From: the human T2T-CHM13v2.0 reference genome, Homo sapiens
Reading direction: 5' to 3' (one strand)
NCBI RefSeq assembly: GCF_009914755.1
Contig: NC_060929.1
Length of the DNA stretch: 64,000 nt
The notes beneath the pieces are model-generated. The model did no database searches and was not told where the DNA came from. It saw only the letters and a list, made by a program, of their open reading frames with translations. A program made the translations under genes and the position numbers. This document shows positions 50,536-63,710 of this stretch, in pieces. Every line of letters begins with the position of its first letter. Within the stretch, counting starts at the first letter, position 1.

Positions 50536-50838
50536 TTTTTTTTTTTTTTTTTTTTTTTTGAGACAGAGTCTTGCTCTGTAGCCCAGGCTGGAGTGCAGTG
50601 GCCTGATCTCAACTCACTGCAACATCCGCCTTCCAGTTTGAAGTGATTCTCCTGCCTCAGCCTCCCAAGTAGCTGGTATTACAGGTGTGCACCACCACGC
50701 CAGGCTAATTTTTGTATTTTTAGTAGAGACAGGGTTTCACCATGTTGGCCAGGCTGGTCTCAAACTCCTGACCTCGTGATCTTCCCGCCTCGGCCTCTCA
50801 AAGTGCTGGCATTACAGGCATGAGCCACTGCGCCCAGC
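50536..50838 (-). mobile_element. Alu
   Basis: TSD tgaaccagagct (50521 / 50839). Confidence 0.95.
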
Positions 50839-50935
50839 TGAACCAGAGCTCTCTTTAATGCCTATGGCCTGACTTAATTTCCTGCCTGCCAGCCCACTGA
50901 GCCTGCAGGAATGCTTTTAGGCCTTCCCTGGTGGG

Positions 50936-51100
50936 GTAGGCGGAGTCCCTCCCCTGGCTGCCAGCATTCCTGTGATTATGCCACACAGCCAAGCACTGTG
51001 ATTCAGAAGTGGCGCCCCAGCAGAAAGCCACCCTGTTGTCCAGGCCGAGGTCCTGAGCATCCTCGTTAACCCAGCAGACCAGGCCTGTGCTTGGTGTTGG
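50936..51100 (+). pseudogene. Decayed tandem duplicate of NDST1 exon 11 (pseudo-exon)
   Basis: 50988-51094 aligns to 49917-50024 at 85/108 nt by hand count with one 1-nt gap; weaker similarity upstream to ~50936. Confidence 0.9.
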
Positions 51101-52279
51101 GGAGGGGGTGGGGCCCTGGGTCTTAGCCCATGGTTGCCAGAGAAGTGTCCCCTGTCCTGGCTGGGACAGCCTCTTCAGGCCTGGCCACTGTCATAGTTCC
51201 CACCCTGCTTTGAGGCTCTTTTCTCAGATGTGACAGTGGCTGTCTCCCGCCTGGGACCTTGCGGTCTCCCGCAGGGCTGGCACCTGCCTCCTCTTTGCTC
51301 CCATGGAAGTCTCTCCTCCTGCCACTCTCTGAGGCTGGTGAGGAAGCCCCTTCTTACTCTTGTTCTCTAGGGCTTCTGTTTATGCCCTGATGTCTGCTTT
51401 CCTGTGGCTTTTTCTTTAGGAGAAGAAAACCGAGAAACACTTGTCAAGTGTTTCTGTTTTCTGCCGTGCTGTGTGCCCCCGCCTCCTGGCGCTGTGCAGG
51501 GAATGGGCAGTCTGCTTTCATGGGGGAACGTAGGGTAGAGAGAGAGCCGCCACAGGTTGGGTCAGTCCCTGTTCTGCACTGACACTGCTGTACATCTGCA
51601 CCTTACTGGAGAGTCACAGCTGGTTTCTAGAAGGCAGAGGAGGGGTTTCACGTTTGTGTCCCCTTCTCAAAGATTAGAAAACCAAGTTTCAGCAAGTTTC
51701 ATGTGGTGGCATTTGAATCCAAGTCTTCTAAATCTAAGACCCTATTCCTTTTTCTGTCCATGATCAAGAGGGGTAAGGGATAGAAGGAGAAGGGAGACTC
51801 ATTCTCCCCAGGAGGACCTGGGAAGATGTTGGAGGAGAGGAAGGGTGGGGGCCTGTCTCAGAAGGAGGTCGGGACGAGGAGGACGCTGCTGTGCACCATA
51901 TTGCCCCAGCCCTGGGCTGTGTGTGATCCTCAGGGGAGGGGGTTGGCGGCTGGGGGATAGTGCCTGTCGCACAGGTGCCTGAGCTCTGGCTTTCTGGACT
52001 TAGTGAATTCTGCAGATTCGGACCTCCCATGGCATTATTTTAAGTGATTCAGACCAGCCAGTCTCCCTTTTATAGTTCTTTCCCAGTCCTTCTGATTTCC
52101 ATAAAGGAGAAATGCTCACTTTAGTGCAAGTGGTCTTACGTCCTTTCTAACACTGTCAACCTCTGCTTTCAACAAAGAGAGCATGTTCAGGGCCTGTTGC
52201 ACACATTTGTGTCTGGCTGGAGTTTGAGAACATTGTTTTTATTGCCATTTGTGAGTGGTTGCCTTCTATATATGACAAC

Positions 52280-52526
52280 AGTGCAGCAGCGTGATCTTGG
52301 CTCACTGCAACCTCCACCCCCCGAGTTTAAGCGATTCTCGTGCCTCAGCCTTCCGAGTAGCTGGGACCACAGGTGTGCACCACCATGCCAGCTAATTTTT
52401 GTATTTTTAGTAGAGACGGGGTTTCGCCACATTGGCCAGCTGGTCTCGAACTCCTGACCTCAAGTGATCCACCCACCCCAGCCTCCCAAAATTCTGGGAT
52501 TACAGGCATGAGCCACCATGCCTGGC
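52280..52526 (-). mobile_element. Alu lacking its 3' end and tail
   Basis: Starts abruptly at agtgcagcagcgtgatcttggctc. Confidence 0.9.
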
Positions 52527-52761
52527 ATCAGGAAACCCTGATTTCGTCCAGTTCCCGTATTTCAAAGATGGAGAAGTTGGGGCTCTGGGACCAGTGGCTT
52601 CCCTTGACACTGGACACAGTGAGAGGCAGAGCCAGGACTCAGACCCAGAGCTCCTGGGTCCAGCTGAGGATCTTCTGGCCACCTTGCGGGCTGCTGTCCC
52701 TCTCAGGCCACTTCCTTTGTGTCCTCCAAGTGGCATGCTGACCCTCTTTCCTTGCCTGCAG

Positions 52762-52932
52762 CACCAGCGAGCCCATGACGACCCAGTGGCCCTAAAGTAC
52801 ACCTTCCATGAGGTGATTACCGCCGGCTCTGACGCATCCTCGAAGCTGCGTGCCCTCCAGAACCGCTGCCTGGTCCCTGGCTGGTACGCCACCCACATCG
52901 AGCGCTGGCTCAGTGCCTATCACGCCAACCAG
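52762..52932 (+). CDS. NDST1: NDST1 exon 12
   Basis: ctgcag|CAC CAG; [19 protein letters not shown]...[10 protein letters not shown]; donor CAG|GTAGCT; 171 nt. Confidence 0.98.
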
Positions 52933-53075
52933 GTAGCTGCTGTCCCTGACCCTTGTGAGGGCAGTCACAGTACTGGCTTGCTGTGGTTAGCGGAGAGCCT
53001 CCAACTCTTTCTCACCAGCCGTGGGGACAGATATGCCCTCCTTGGAGAGCTAGACCCTTGGGTCTATAAAAAGAT

Positions 53076-53374
53076 TTTATTATTATTATTATTATTTTGA
53101 GACAGGGTCTCACTCTGTTGCCCAGGCTGGAGTGCAGTGGTGTGATCTCAGCTCACTATAGCCTCGATGTCCCGAGCTCACGCAATCCTTCCACCTCTGC
53201 CTCCTGAGTAGCTGGGACTACAGGTGTGAGCCACTGTACCCAGCTAATTTTATTTTTTTAAGAAATAAGGTCTTACTATGTTGCCCAGGCTGGTCTCAAA
53301 CTCCTGGGCTCAAGCAGTCCTCCCTTGGTCTTCCAAAGTGCTGGGATTACAGGCATGAGCCACTGCACCTGGCC
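53076..53374 (-). mobile_element. AluJ-like element with (TTA)n tail
   Basis: Reverse-complement Alu body. Confidence 0.9.
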
Positions 53375-53483
53375 TAAAAAGACTGTAGACCTGTTTATCC
53401 CAAGGTTGATACATGAGAACTCCCCAAGCCTGTGTCCCATCACCACAGGCCCTGTAGCCCTAAAGGGACCCAGAAAGCCCTGA

Positions 53484-53964
<481 letters not shown>

Positions 53965-53996
53965 TGAGGGGCAGGCAGGGTTTGGTGAGAGCTTAA

Positions 53997-54332
<336 letters not shown>

Positions 54333-54648
54333 TGAGTGTTGCCTTTTCCTTTCTGCAGGTTATTTCCCTGATAAGGCACCTGGGCCAACAAAGCCAAAGT
54401 CTTGAATAATTATGAGAGAGAGAAGTTAGTTAGAGTCAGAAAGTATGGAAAGTTATTAATATGACTTAAGTCATATTAATAAAGGTATCACCTTAAAAAA
54501 AAGGGAGATGATGAATCTGTTCTACTCTGGTCAGACCATCCTGGGGTCTTCTCTTTGGTCTGGGCTGAACATTTTCAGAGTGTTTTATGTAAGTAAATTA
54601 GATCAGTAATGAGCAGCCCTAATTCCCACAAGATTTTCTTAGCATTAG

Positions 54649-54931
<283 letters not shown>

Positions 54932-55514
54932 AGCATTAGATTTTGACTTACGATTTCAGGAAAAGGAAACACAAATGTTGTTGACAGTTAATAACCGTAC
55001 TCACTCAGAACCTGGTGCAAGTGCGTTGAGAATGCCCTCCCACTATGAGTAAAGGCCTGCCCGCATTGCATGGGCTCAGGGCTAGGAAAGGCTGCTTTCC
55101 TGTGCTATGTCACAGATAAGTGACACACTCAGCTGGATGAGGGGACCCCAAGAGAAGGAGGAATCAAGTCACCCTCCTTGGCTCCATTCTTGGGAAAGTT
55201 TTGCAACAAGAATATTCCGTCTTCACTGTCGTGGGAGTTGAAGGTGGAGAAGGGAAGTCAGTCCTTCACCTTGAGGGAGAAGGGGCCACCTGCTGAGGCT
55301 GTGGGCCATGGTGTCAGAGATGCCTGGGTTAGGGCCCCACATCCATCTCTTCAGCCTTTCAAGCCTCGCTTTCCTCATCTGTAAGTTGGGGATAAAGATA
55401 ATAATCCCTGCGTCCTGAAGGCCACTGAATTGAATGAAAGCTTCATGTGGGGCTCTTAGCTGAGAGCTTGGCATGCACTAAGTGCTAAATAAACGGTAGC
55501 TGCTATTGTCCTTG

Positions 55515-55548
55515 TCATCATCATCATCACCATCATCATCGTCATCGT
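55515..55548. repeat. (CAT)n-type trinucleotide repeat
   Basis: gtcatcatcatcatcaccatcatcatcgtcatcg. Confidence 0.85.
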
Positions 55549-56240
55549 CTATACCTATCCTATGACCCTTTCAGAAATCTCTGTTCTCCTTCGCTATTCA
55601 TGGGAATTCTGTTTTCTTGATGCCCTCATGCTCAAGAATCTCCTCATAGTTCCTCATCCAGGGCTAAATTCTGATGTCAGTATTCCTCCCTTCCCATAAC
55701 AGCTTCGGATCTCATATCCCAAAAATGCCTTTGAAGACAGGATGATGTTGGCAGTCTTGCTGTGTCATTTCTGAAGTTTACTCCAAAAAATGAAATTCTC
55801 CAGTGACAGGCATGCTTAAGTGCAGCTGTGGATACTGCATGTTTTGATAAAGATGAAATTTATTAAAAAGCAAAAGAACCTCCACTAAACACCCCTCTTC
55901 CCATTGACGCTGGGAGGGGTAAAGAAGGCTTCTTGGGTTTAAAAAAAAAAAAGAGTTACTCAGCATTGAGAATGCTCAGAAAAGATTTCCCAGAACACTG
56001 AAGGATGGGAAACTGTTCATGTTGTAGATTGCTGAAGCGGCTGTGGCTGGTCGGGCTGGAGGAGAGAAGACTCAGAATGTGCGAGCTGCCCTTTGCCGGA
56101 AGTAGGACAGGCACGTTTAGTGCAGCCTAGGACACATTTGATCCCACAGATGGCACATAGCTTCTGACAGTCCATGTGGGTTCAAGAGCAGTAGATTCCC
56201 TGGGCTCTGCCATTCCTGGGGTCCATGAACATGGCTTTAA

Positions 56241-56615
<375 letters not shown>

Positions 56616-57018
56616 TGAGTGCTGTGGGGTTTTGAGGATGAGCCAGACATGTTCTCTGCCTTCAAGGAACTCCTGGTCTTGGAGGGGTATGAGTCCCAAC
56701 ACCACTAAGTAGAATACAGGCAGAGAGTGCTGCGCGCAGTCAGAGAGGGCACACAAGTGCTATGGGAATTCAGAACAAGGGGATGTCACTTGAACCTGAG
56801 AGGGGTAAAAAAGGCTCCTTAAAGGAGGGATGGGGGTCTCTGGAGTTGCGCCTAGAAGGATGAGATCCATTTTGTAGGATTTGGACATATGGAATGGGAG
56901 GGTAGGTAAGAACAGCATGTGTAAAACCATAGGGGGAAAAAAGAAATTTTAAAAATATATAGAAAAAGGGTCACAGACTGGGGGTCTTGTTACTTCCTCC
57001 TTTTCCTACTTGCTTCTG

Positions 57019-57049
<31 letters not shown>

Positions 57050-57195
57050 GAGACAGGGTCTCGTTCTGTTGCCTAGGCTGGAGTGCAGTGGCATGATCAT
57101 GGCTCACAGTAGCCTCGACCCCCTGGGCTCAATCGATCTTCCCGCCTCAGCCTGCCATAGTGCTGGTATTATAGGTGTGAACCACCGTGCCTGGC
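57019..57195 (-). mobile_element. Short old Alu (monomer-like or internally deleted) with (GTTTT)n tail
   Basis: gagacagggtctcg...ggtgtgaaccaccgtgcctggcc. Confidence 0.75.
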
Positions 57196-57282
57196 CCTGG
57201 CCCTGCCCGCCTTGGGTTTTGATTATTAATTCTCTCTCCTCTCCCTATCAGAAGAATTTTGACTTAGTGAGCTATATTTTGA

Positions 57283-57876
<594 letters not shown>

Positions 57877-58879
57877 CCGTGGCCACCACAGCCAGACTGA
57901 ACGTTTGTGAAAGCTGGGACATCCCACCACACGCTGAGCCAGACCTGCAGAGTGGGAAGCTGGACCAGGGCAGCTGCGCACTTATGAGCAATACTCTGTG
58001 GAGGTCTGGTGGGGCTGGGGGAGCACCCAGGCGGATCTGCAAGCACCTCGGAGCACCCACCGCTGGGTCTGCGGCCTAAGGGACCTCCCTCGCCAGCAGA
58101 GGTCCATTCCGTTCCCAGCTGCTCCTGGGGAGGCCGCTTCCTGGTAGGAGGGAGTCCACGAGACTCTTTTCTGTCCCTCACTGTGTTCCGCCGACTGTCC
58201 CCTCTCGTCACCCATCACTCCCTGCTTCCGCAGGGCGCCCCTCAGTATTCGCTGCCATATGTCCCTGTCCTCCAGGCTGTAGGGGAGGAGAGCCTGGCCG
58301 GGGGAGACAGACTGGACATTTCCCTGTTTCGAGCCAGGCTCTTCCAAGGGGCCAGCTGGGTCCCCGGAGTCAGTCCTAGGCTGGATGGGAGGGTGGCCCC
58401 CTCAAGAGGACTCCCAGCCTCCACATCTGGTTCCTACCTTCACATCTCACCCTCCCGTTCTGGGGAAGAATTTCTGGTTCCTACAGTATCCACTCCATCC
58501 TCAAGGCTTCCCGCAGGGCCTTGGGGCACTGCCTTGCCATCGGGCCCAGTTCTCCGGGCCCCACCTGCACCCCTTTCTTCCCCCTGGGATATGATGTGTG
58601 GTGTTTCCTGTGGTAAAAGACTGAGGCAGGCCAGGGGTCTGCCAGTAACATGTTCCCATGTACAGACACGGTCCCCACACCCTCCCAGCCTCAGGCCCAG
58701 GCAGACATGGGCGAGCTGGTGAGACTGCCAGCCACGGCTTTGCTTAGCCACCTGTGGCCGAGGGCTCTCAGAGACCCCCTTAACCTCCCAAATACTAAGA
58801 AGCTAAAATATTTTAATATTTTGTTTTTTTTTTTCTTGGTGCCAGAGTTTATACCCTGGGTGCTGGGGTCGCACTGTGT

Positions 58880-58922
58880 TATATATATATATATATATAT
58901 ATATAATGTGTATATATATATA
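58880..58922. repeat. Interrupted (TA)n repeat in a U/AU-rich 3' UTR block
   Basis: tatatatatatatatatatatatataatgtgtatatatata. Confidence 0.9.
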
Positions 58923-61029
58923 TTCTATTTTTTTTGGTTGGGTTCGTTTTTAATTCAGTCCTACAAAATGGTGGTAAGCCCCAGTCTCAGGGGTCACCCT
59001 GTCTTAGAGCTAGAGATGAGGTGGCAGGGAGGGAGGCTGTGTCCTCAGTGGCCTGGGGCTGAGCAGACCTTAGGAAGGGGCCCTCCCCAGTGCCGTGGCT
59101 GCTCTGGGGCTACCCCAGGTGAACAGAGGTGGTGAGATGCGCAGGGAAGACCAGCTCTCTCCAGGACATCGGGCTGCGTGAAGTCCAGTGACCCTGAGGG
59201 GATTTTGGCCAAAGGAAACAGCCAGGGCTGGGCTAGGAGAGCTGGGGTCAAAAGCTGCCCCACCCACTCTCCCTCACATGGTGCTAGGCTGGGAGCTGCC
59301 CTGAGAGCTGGGATGCCCACCAAGGCCCACAGAACTGTCTCCAGGCCCTTGTAGACAGTGGGATCTCTGGGCTGATTTCTGGTTGGGGTCTGCTCCTACC
59401 CCACCCCATTTAACAATGTGAAGTGACTGAGGCTGGGGTGCCTCTCCCTGGCCCCCTCCAACTGCCAAATTCTGCTTCCCTCTGAACCCCAGGAAATACT
59501 TTCTGGAGAGGCTTGTCTTGTTCAGAAGACTCTAGCATCTTGGGGCTGGAAGGTCCTTTGACGGGTATGAAACAGGTCCAGAAAGGGGAGGTGGCCTGCT
59601 TGGCCGACGTCATGGAGCCAGCTGGGAGCAGGGCTGAGCGTTGAACCCGAGGCTCCCGGTTCCAAGTCCCATCGTGCTCCTCTTCCAATGCCACACTGCC
59701 TCTGAGCCCATCCTTGGGACCCTACTCTGTGCCAGGTTCCTGTCCCTTCCTCCGTCACAGCATGGTCATTCCAGGATATGGGGACAAACCACTCCTTCCC
59801 AGCCAGGGTGCCTTTGAGCCTTCTCATTCCGAGGTCTGCGTTTGCATCCCTGTCGTGTTCTCCCTCGAGGGGTCCTTCCCCAGCCTGTGGGGGCCTGGGT
59901 CTGTTCTGAGCTGATTCCCTTTTCTCCAGTTCTCTGCTGGGATGAAGAAAGTTGGACACTCAGTGGGACCAGCTGCAGGTGGTTTCACTGTGTACACAGC
60001 AGTGTCCCCATCATGCCTCTCAATGGGGCCTGCAAGCCTGGGAACTTGGGCATCGTTGGGCCAGCAGGATGAGCAGCAAAGGGTCTGAGGACAGGGTGGC
60101 ATGTCTGCTTGTGTGCTCATGAAGACATGCCCACGCCATGGAGCCAGGGGCTTACAGAGAGGGGCAGTGACTTCCAGAGTCCCATCCGTCAGTGAGGGGA
60201 CTGGGCTGCGGGATGGGTGAGGATCTTACAGCTCCCAGGTTCGGAAATCTACCCTCTAGGCCTGGAGGCCTCTCTCGCAGAGCATGGAAGGCAGGAGAGG
60301 TGGGCTGGCCTAGGGCAGGAGCTCCACTTCTCTCTGCCTCTGGCTATGGGAAGGAGCAGGCGGTTGGAAATCCTGTGACAGCAGAGATCTTCTGGATTTT
60401 TGCCTGGACCCTTCTGCAAGCCTGGAGACTGGACCTGCCACATGTTCCAAGTCTGTCTGCCTAGGTCACTGCTGCCACTTCTCCTCCCACTAACAGACCT
60501 TTCTTGAAGACCCACTAGGTCCAGACACTGCCGGGACTTGCAGGTATGGGGGGTAGAAGGAGAGGCAGATAAGCTGCCTGGGGGGCTGTTAGCTAATGGG
60601 TACAAGGACACCCCCTCCCGAGAAGAGAAGCCACAGATGAGTGGGCCAGCGAGGCCAGTCTTCAATGTCCACTAATTCACTCTAAGCATTTGGCCAAAAA
60701 AAGGAGAGAGAAATAACTGAAATTGTTCAGGTGGCTCCATCGTCTATTCTGTGGTCCCCTCCATGAGCCTTTGCCCCAGGGTGGGTGCAGGTGCGAGTGT
60801 CACCTGCAGCTGCCTCAGTCATTCAGAGTTCCAGAGCCTTCTGTGGTGGAGCATCCTGCTGCTTGGAGGATGAGTCTGAAGTTTAAAAATGGGCCTTTTC
60901 TGAGCCCCCCTGATGAGCAGTCAGTGCTTCTGGGCCCAGCTAAGGAAGCCATCTGTTCCCAGCAGAGGAGAGCTGCTGCGCTGACCTGCAGAGGTTGGTG
61001 GTCCCAGCACAGAGCTGTGCCCATGGGCT

Positions 61030-61600
61030 TGTTAGTGGGAAAAGCAAATACAACAATGTTTTACCAAACATTTAATTATGAATGCCCACTCCCCAGCATC
61101 TAGATCTAAAATTATTAACATTTTGCCACATTCTTTTTCTCTCTCTGTGTATGTATATGTTTTCTCTGTCCTAATTTAAAAGTACATTGCAAACATCATG
61201 AAACTTGATCCCTGAAAGCTTCAGCCTGCATCTCCTAAGAGTTAGGGCATTGTCCTACACATTGGCCCAGTATCACAGCCAAGACGAGAAGTCATTTCCC
61301 AGCGATGTCTGCTATCTAATCTGTATTCAAATCCCCCCAATTGTCTCCCAGGTAACTTATGTGTCTGGTTTTGGAATCAGCATCCAGTCACGGTGCACAC
61401 ATTGCATTTTCTAACTATGTTTTTAAAACCTCTTTGAATGCTGAAAGGTCTTCCCTCAGCTCACTTTGAGTTTTTAAATGACATTGTTTTTGAGGCCCTA
61501 GGCCTGCTGTCTTTTTGAAGCCCCACATTCTGAATTTGTCAGATTGTTTGCTCATGGTGTCGCATAACCACTTCTTCTATCCCCTGTACTTTCAAGGATA
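61030..61600 (-). mobile_element. Old L1 (L1M-type) fragment within the 3' UTR
   Basis: AT-rich block: aattattaacattttgccacatt...cagcctgcatctcctaaga...aatcagcatccagtca. Confidence 0.5.
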
Positions 61601-62711
61601 ATTTAGGCTACATGAGATTTTGCCTTTTGTGCTGACTTGACAGCTTCACTTCTGCCTAAGATGCGCCTCCACTGTCACCTGTACCAAGTGCCAAAACAGC
61701 AGAGGGGCCAGTTAGAGCAAGAGCTCTGGGGGGGCCGGAAAGTCTCCCTGGAGAAGGCCGTAATATCTGGGCCTTGGAAGGAAGGACACAGGGCTCTGGA
61801 AGGAGGAGGCTGCATGCCTGAAGGCTGGGCCTTCGACCCTGGGGATGGGCCACAGGGCACCAAACACATCATATGTCTCTCTCTTTCTATTTTGGGGTCC
61901 CAGGGTTTTCATTTCCTGGAGACCCGTGGTCTGTGTGCACTGGAGCAGAGCCAGGCTCTCAGTTGCAGCAGGGAAAAGCCTACATGGGGAACTGCCTCCC
62001 GCAAGCTGTGGTGTGAGAAGAGCCCTGGCTGGCAGCAGGAGCTGTGAAGTTTCATCCCAGCCGGGTGCATTTAGTAGCTGCCTGACCATCTTCCTCCCAG
62101 GCCCTCAGTTTCTTCATCTGTAGAATGAGCAGATAGGGGCCACAGCAGGGATTTTCACACATCAAAGGAGGCAGCCTCTGCTCTAGTTGATGTGAGGATG
62201 AGGGGGCGGCCTAGACCCCCTGCTGCCCAGGCCGTTGAGGCAACACTGGGTTCCTGGCTTGACAGCTGTGGGCTGGCTGCCCTTGCCAGCTCAGACGGCT
62301 GGCGAGTTTTCAGCTTCCCTAAGGGACTGGCATAGGGTTTTGTGGGGTCAATGCCAGGAACCTGGGGGAAACTGGATGCGTTTTATCCTAAGAAGTTCAT
62401 CCCTCCTGCTCTTACTGTTTCCGGCCCTGGAGGAGAATGAGGGAGGAGAGGGTTTTCTATGACTGTGTTAGCTTTTATTATTAGCAAGAGGGCTCCTTTT
62501 GTAATTTGTGCATGAAATTCATGTCATTTCCTGGGAGAGGAGAGGGCCGACTGGAGAGGGTGGGGGGCACACTGGGGAAGCAGGCAGAGGTTTCCTTCCC
62601 TTGTAGGGGGGTGGGGAGAGTGGGGAGAGGGGGTGCTATCCAGTTCGCCTGATGAGGGCTCTCGAACCAGCCGTTTTGGGTTGTGTTAAAGGTGAGACCT
62701 TCCTCCATTAA

Positions 62712-62757
62712 TGTACAATCTCGAACTAACTGCTAATAAAGTGGGGTTCTGTTTGTA
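62712..62757 (+). terminator. NDST1: NDST1 polyadenylation signal
   Basis: TGTA at 62712, AATAAA at 62735-62740, GT/T-rich sequence downstream. Confidence 0.8.
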
Positions 62758-63559
62758 CACCTTGGTCCTGTCTGACCTTTTTGCAAGGCCCGCAGGGAAG
62801 GGTGGAGTAGGGGTGTTTGCATGCACGGCCAAAGCCCGCTTGTCCCTGCCACCTCAGGCATGCACACGTGCCCACATGTATGCACACACCTATACACATG
62901 GTGACTTGGTCAACGCAGATCATTTTCACTGGGTTATAAATGGAAGATTTCCCAGATACAGCAGAGGCCTATCCTAGGGCAGCCACAGGGGGCATCTCAG
63001 GTGATAGAAGCCCTCAGACAAGCTGGATTGCTCAGAAGCCCTGGGTGTCGGGCACTGGACCGAGAGGAGACTTGGGGGCTGGAACAATTTCTGCTACTAA
63101 TGTATATTGTAGCTGGGGGCAAGCCACTTTTACTGTTTTATCCCATTTCCCTCACCTTTTAGACGCATGGAGGGAGTTGGACTCCATGGCCTCACTTGAA
63201 GAACTTGCCTAAAACATGCAGATTCCCAGGTCTACTTCCAGAGATTCAGCTCCAGCAGATGTGGGGTGGGGCCCAACATCTTTAAGGAGCCCTCCAGTAC
63301 ACTGAGGAATTTATAAGGAGCCCTCCAGTACACTGAGGCAGCCCAGTGTAACTCTGGCTCAGAGTGGGAAACTGACTCAGATCCATGGTTCCTATGGGTT
63401 CTAATTAATACGGAGAGCCCCACTGTCCAGGAAAACTTAGGGTAAAACAAATGACTGAAGCCCTCACAGCCTAATTGAGGGCCAGACTCGAGATTTGCCT
63501 GGAGAAGGAGAGTTCACAGGTAGGGGCCCAGGCCAGTGTCTGCAATGCAGGTGATCAGA

Positions 63560-63710
63560 CATGCTCCTTCAGAATCCCCTTGGGAAGCTTTAAACAATAT
63601 ACATTCCTGGGCTCCCCCAAAATCTGCTCACTCAGAACCTCTGGGGTGGGACCCAGCACTGTGTACTTTAACAGACTCCTTGGTGTTCAGGGAAGTTTGG
63701 GAACACTGAA
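63560..63710. mobile_element. MER5A-like fragment
   Basis: tcagaatccccttgggaagctttaaa...tcagaacctctggggtgggacccag...aagtttgggaacactg. Confidence 0.6.

Larger units (their letters stand above)
57877..62755 (+). other. NDST1: NDST1 3' UTR (~4.9 kb)
   Basis: Follows TAG; first canonical AATAAA I found downstream is at 62735; end position approximate. Confidence 0.75.

Noticed and set aside
58009-58722. 237-aa ORF in the 3' UTR
   Set aside because: GTG start, low-complexity P/S/G-rich translation typical of GC-rich UTR, no domain
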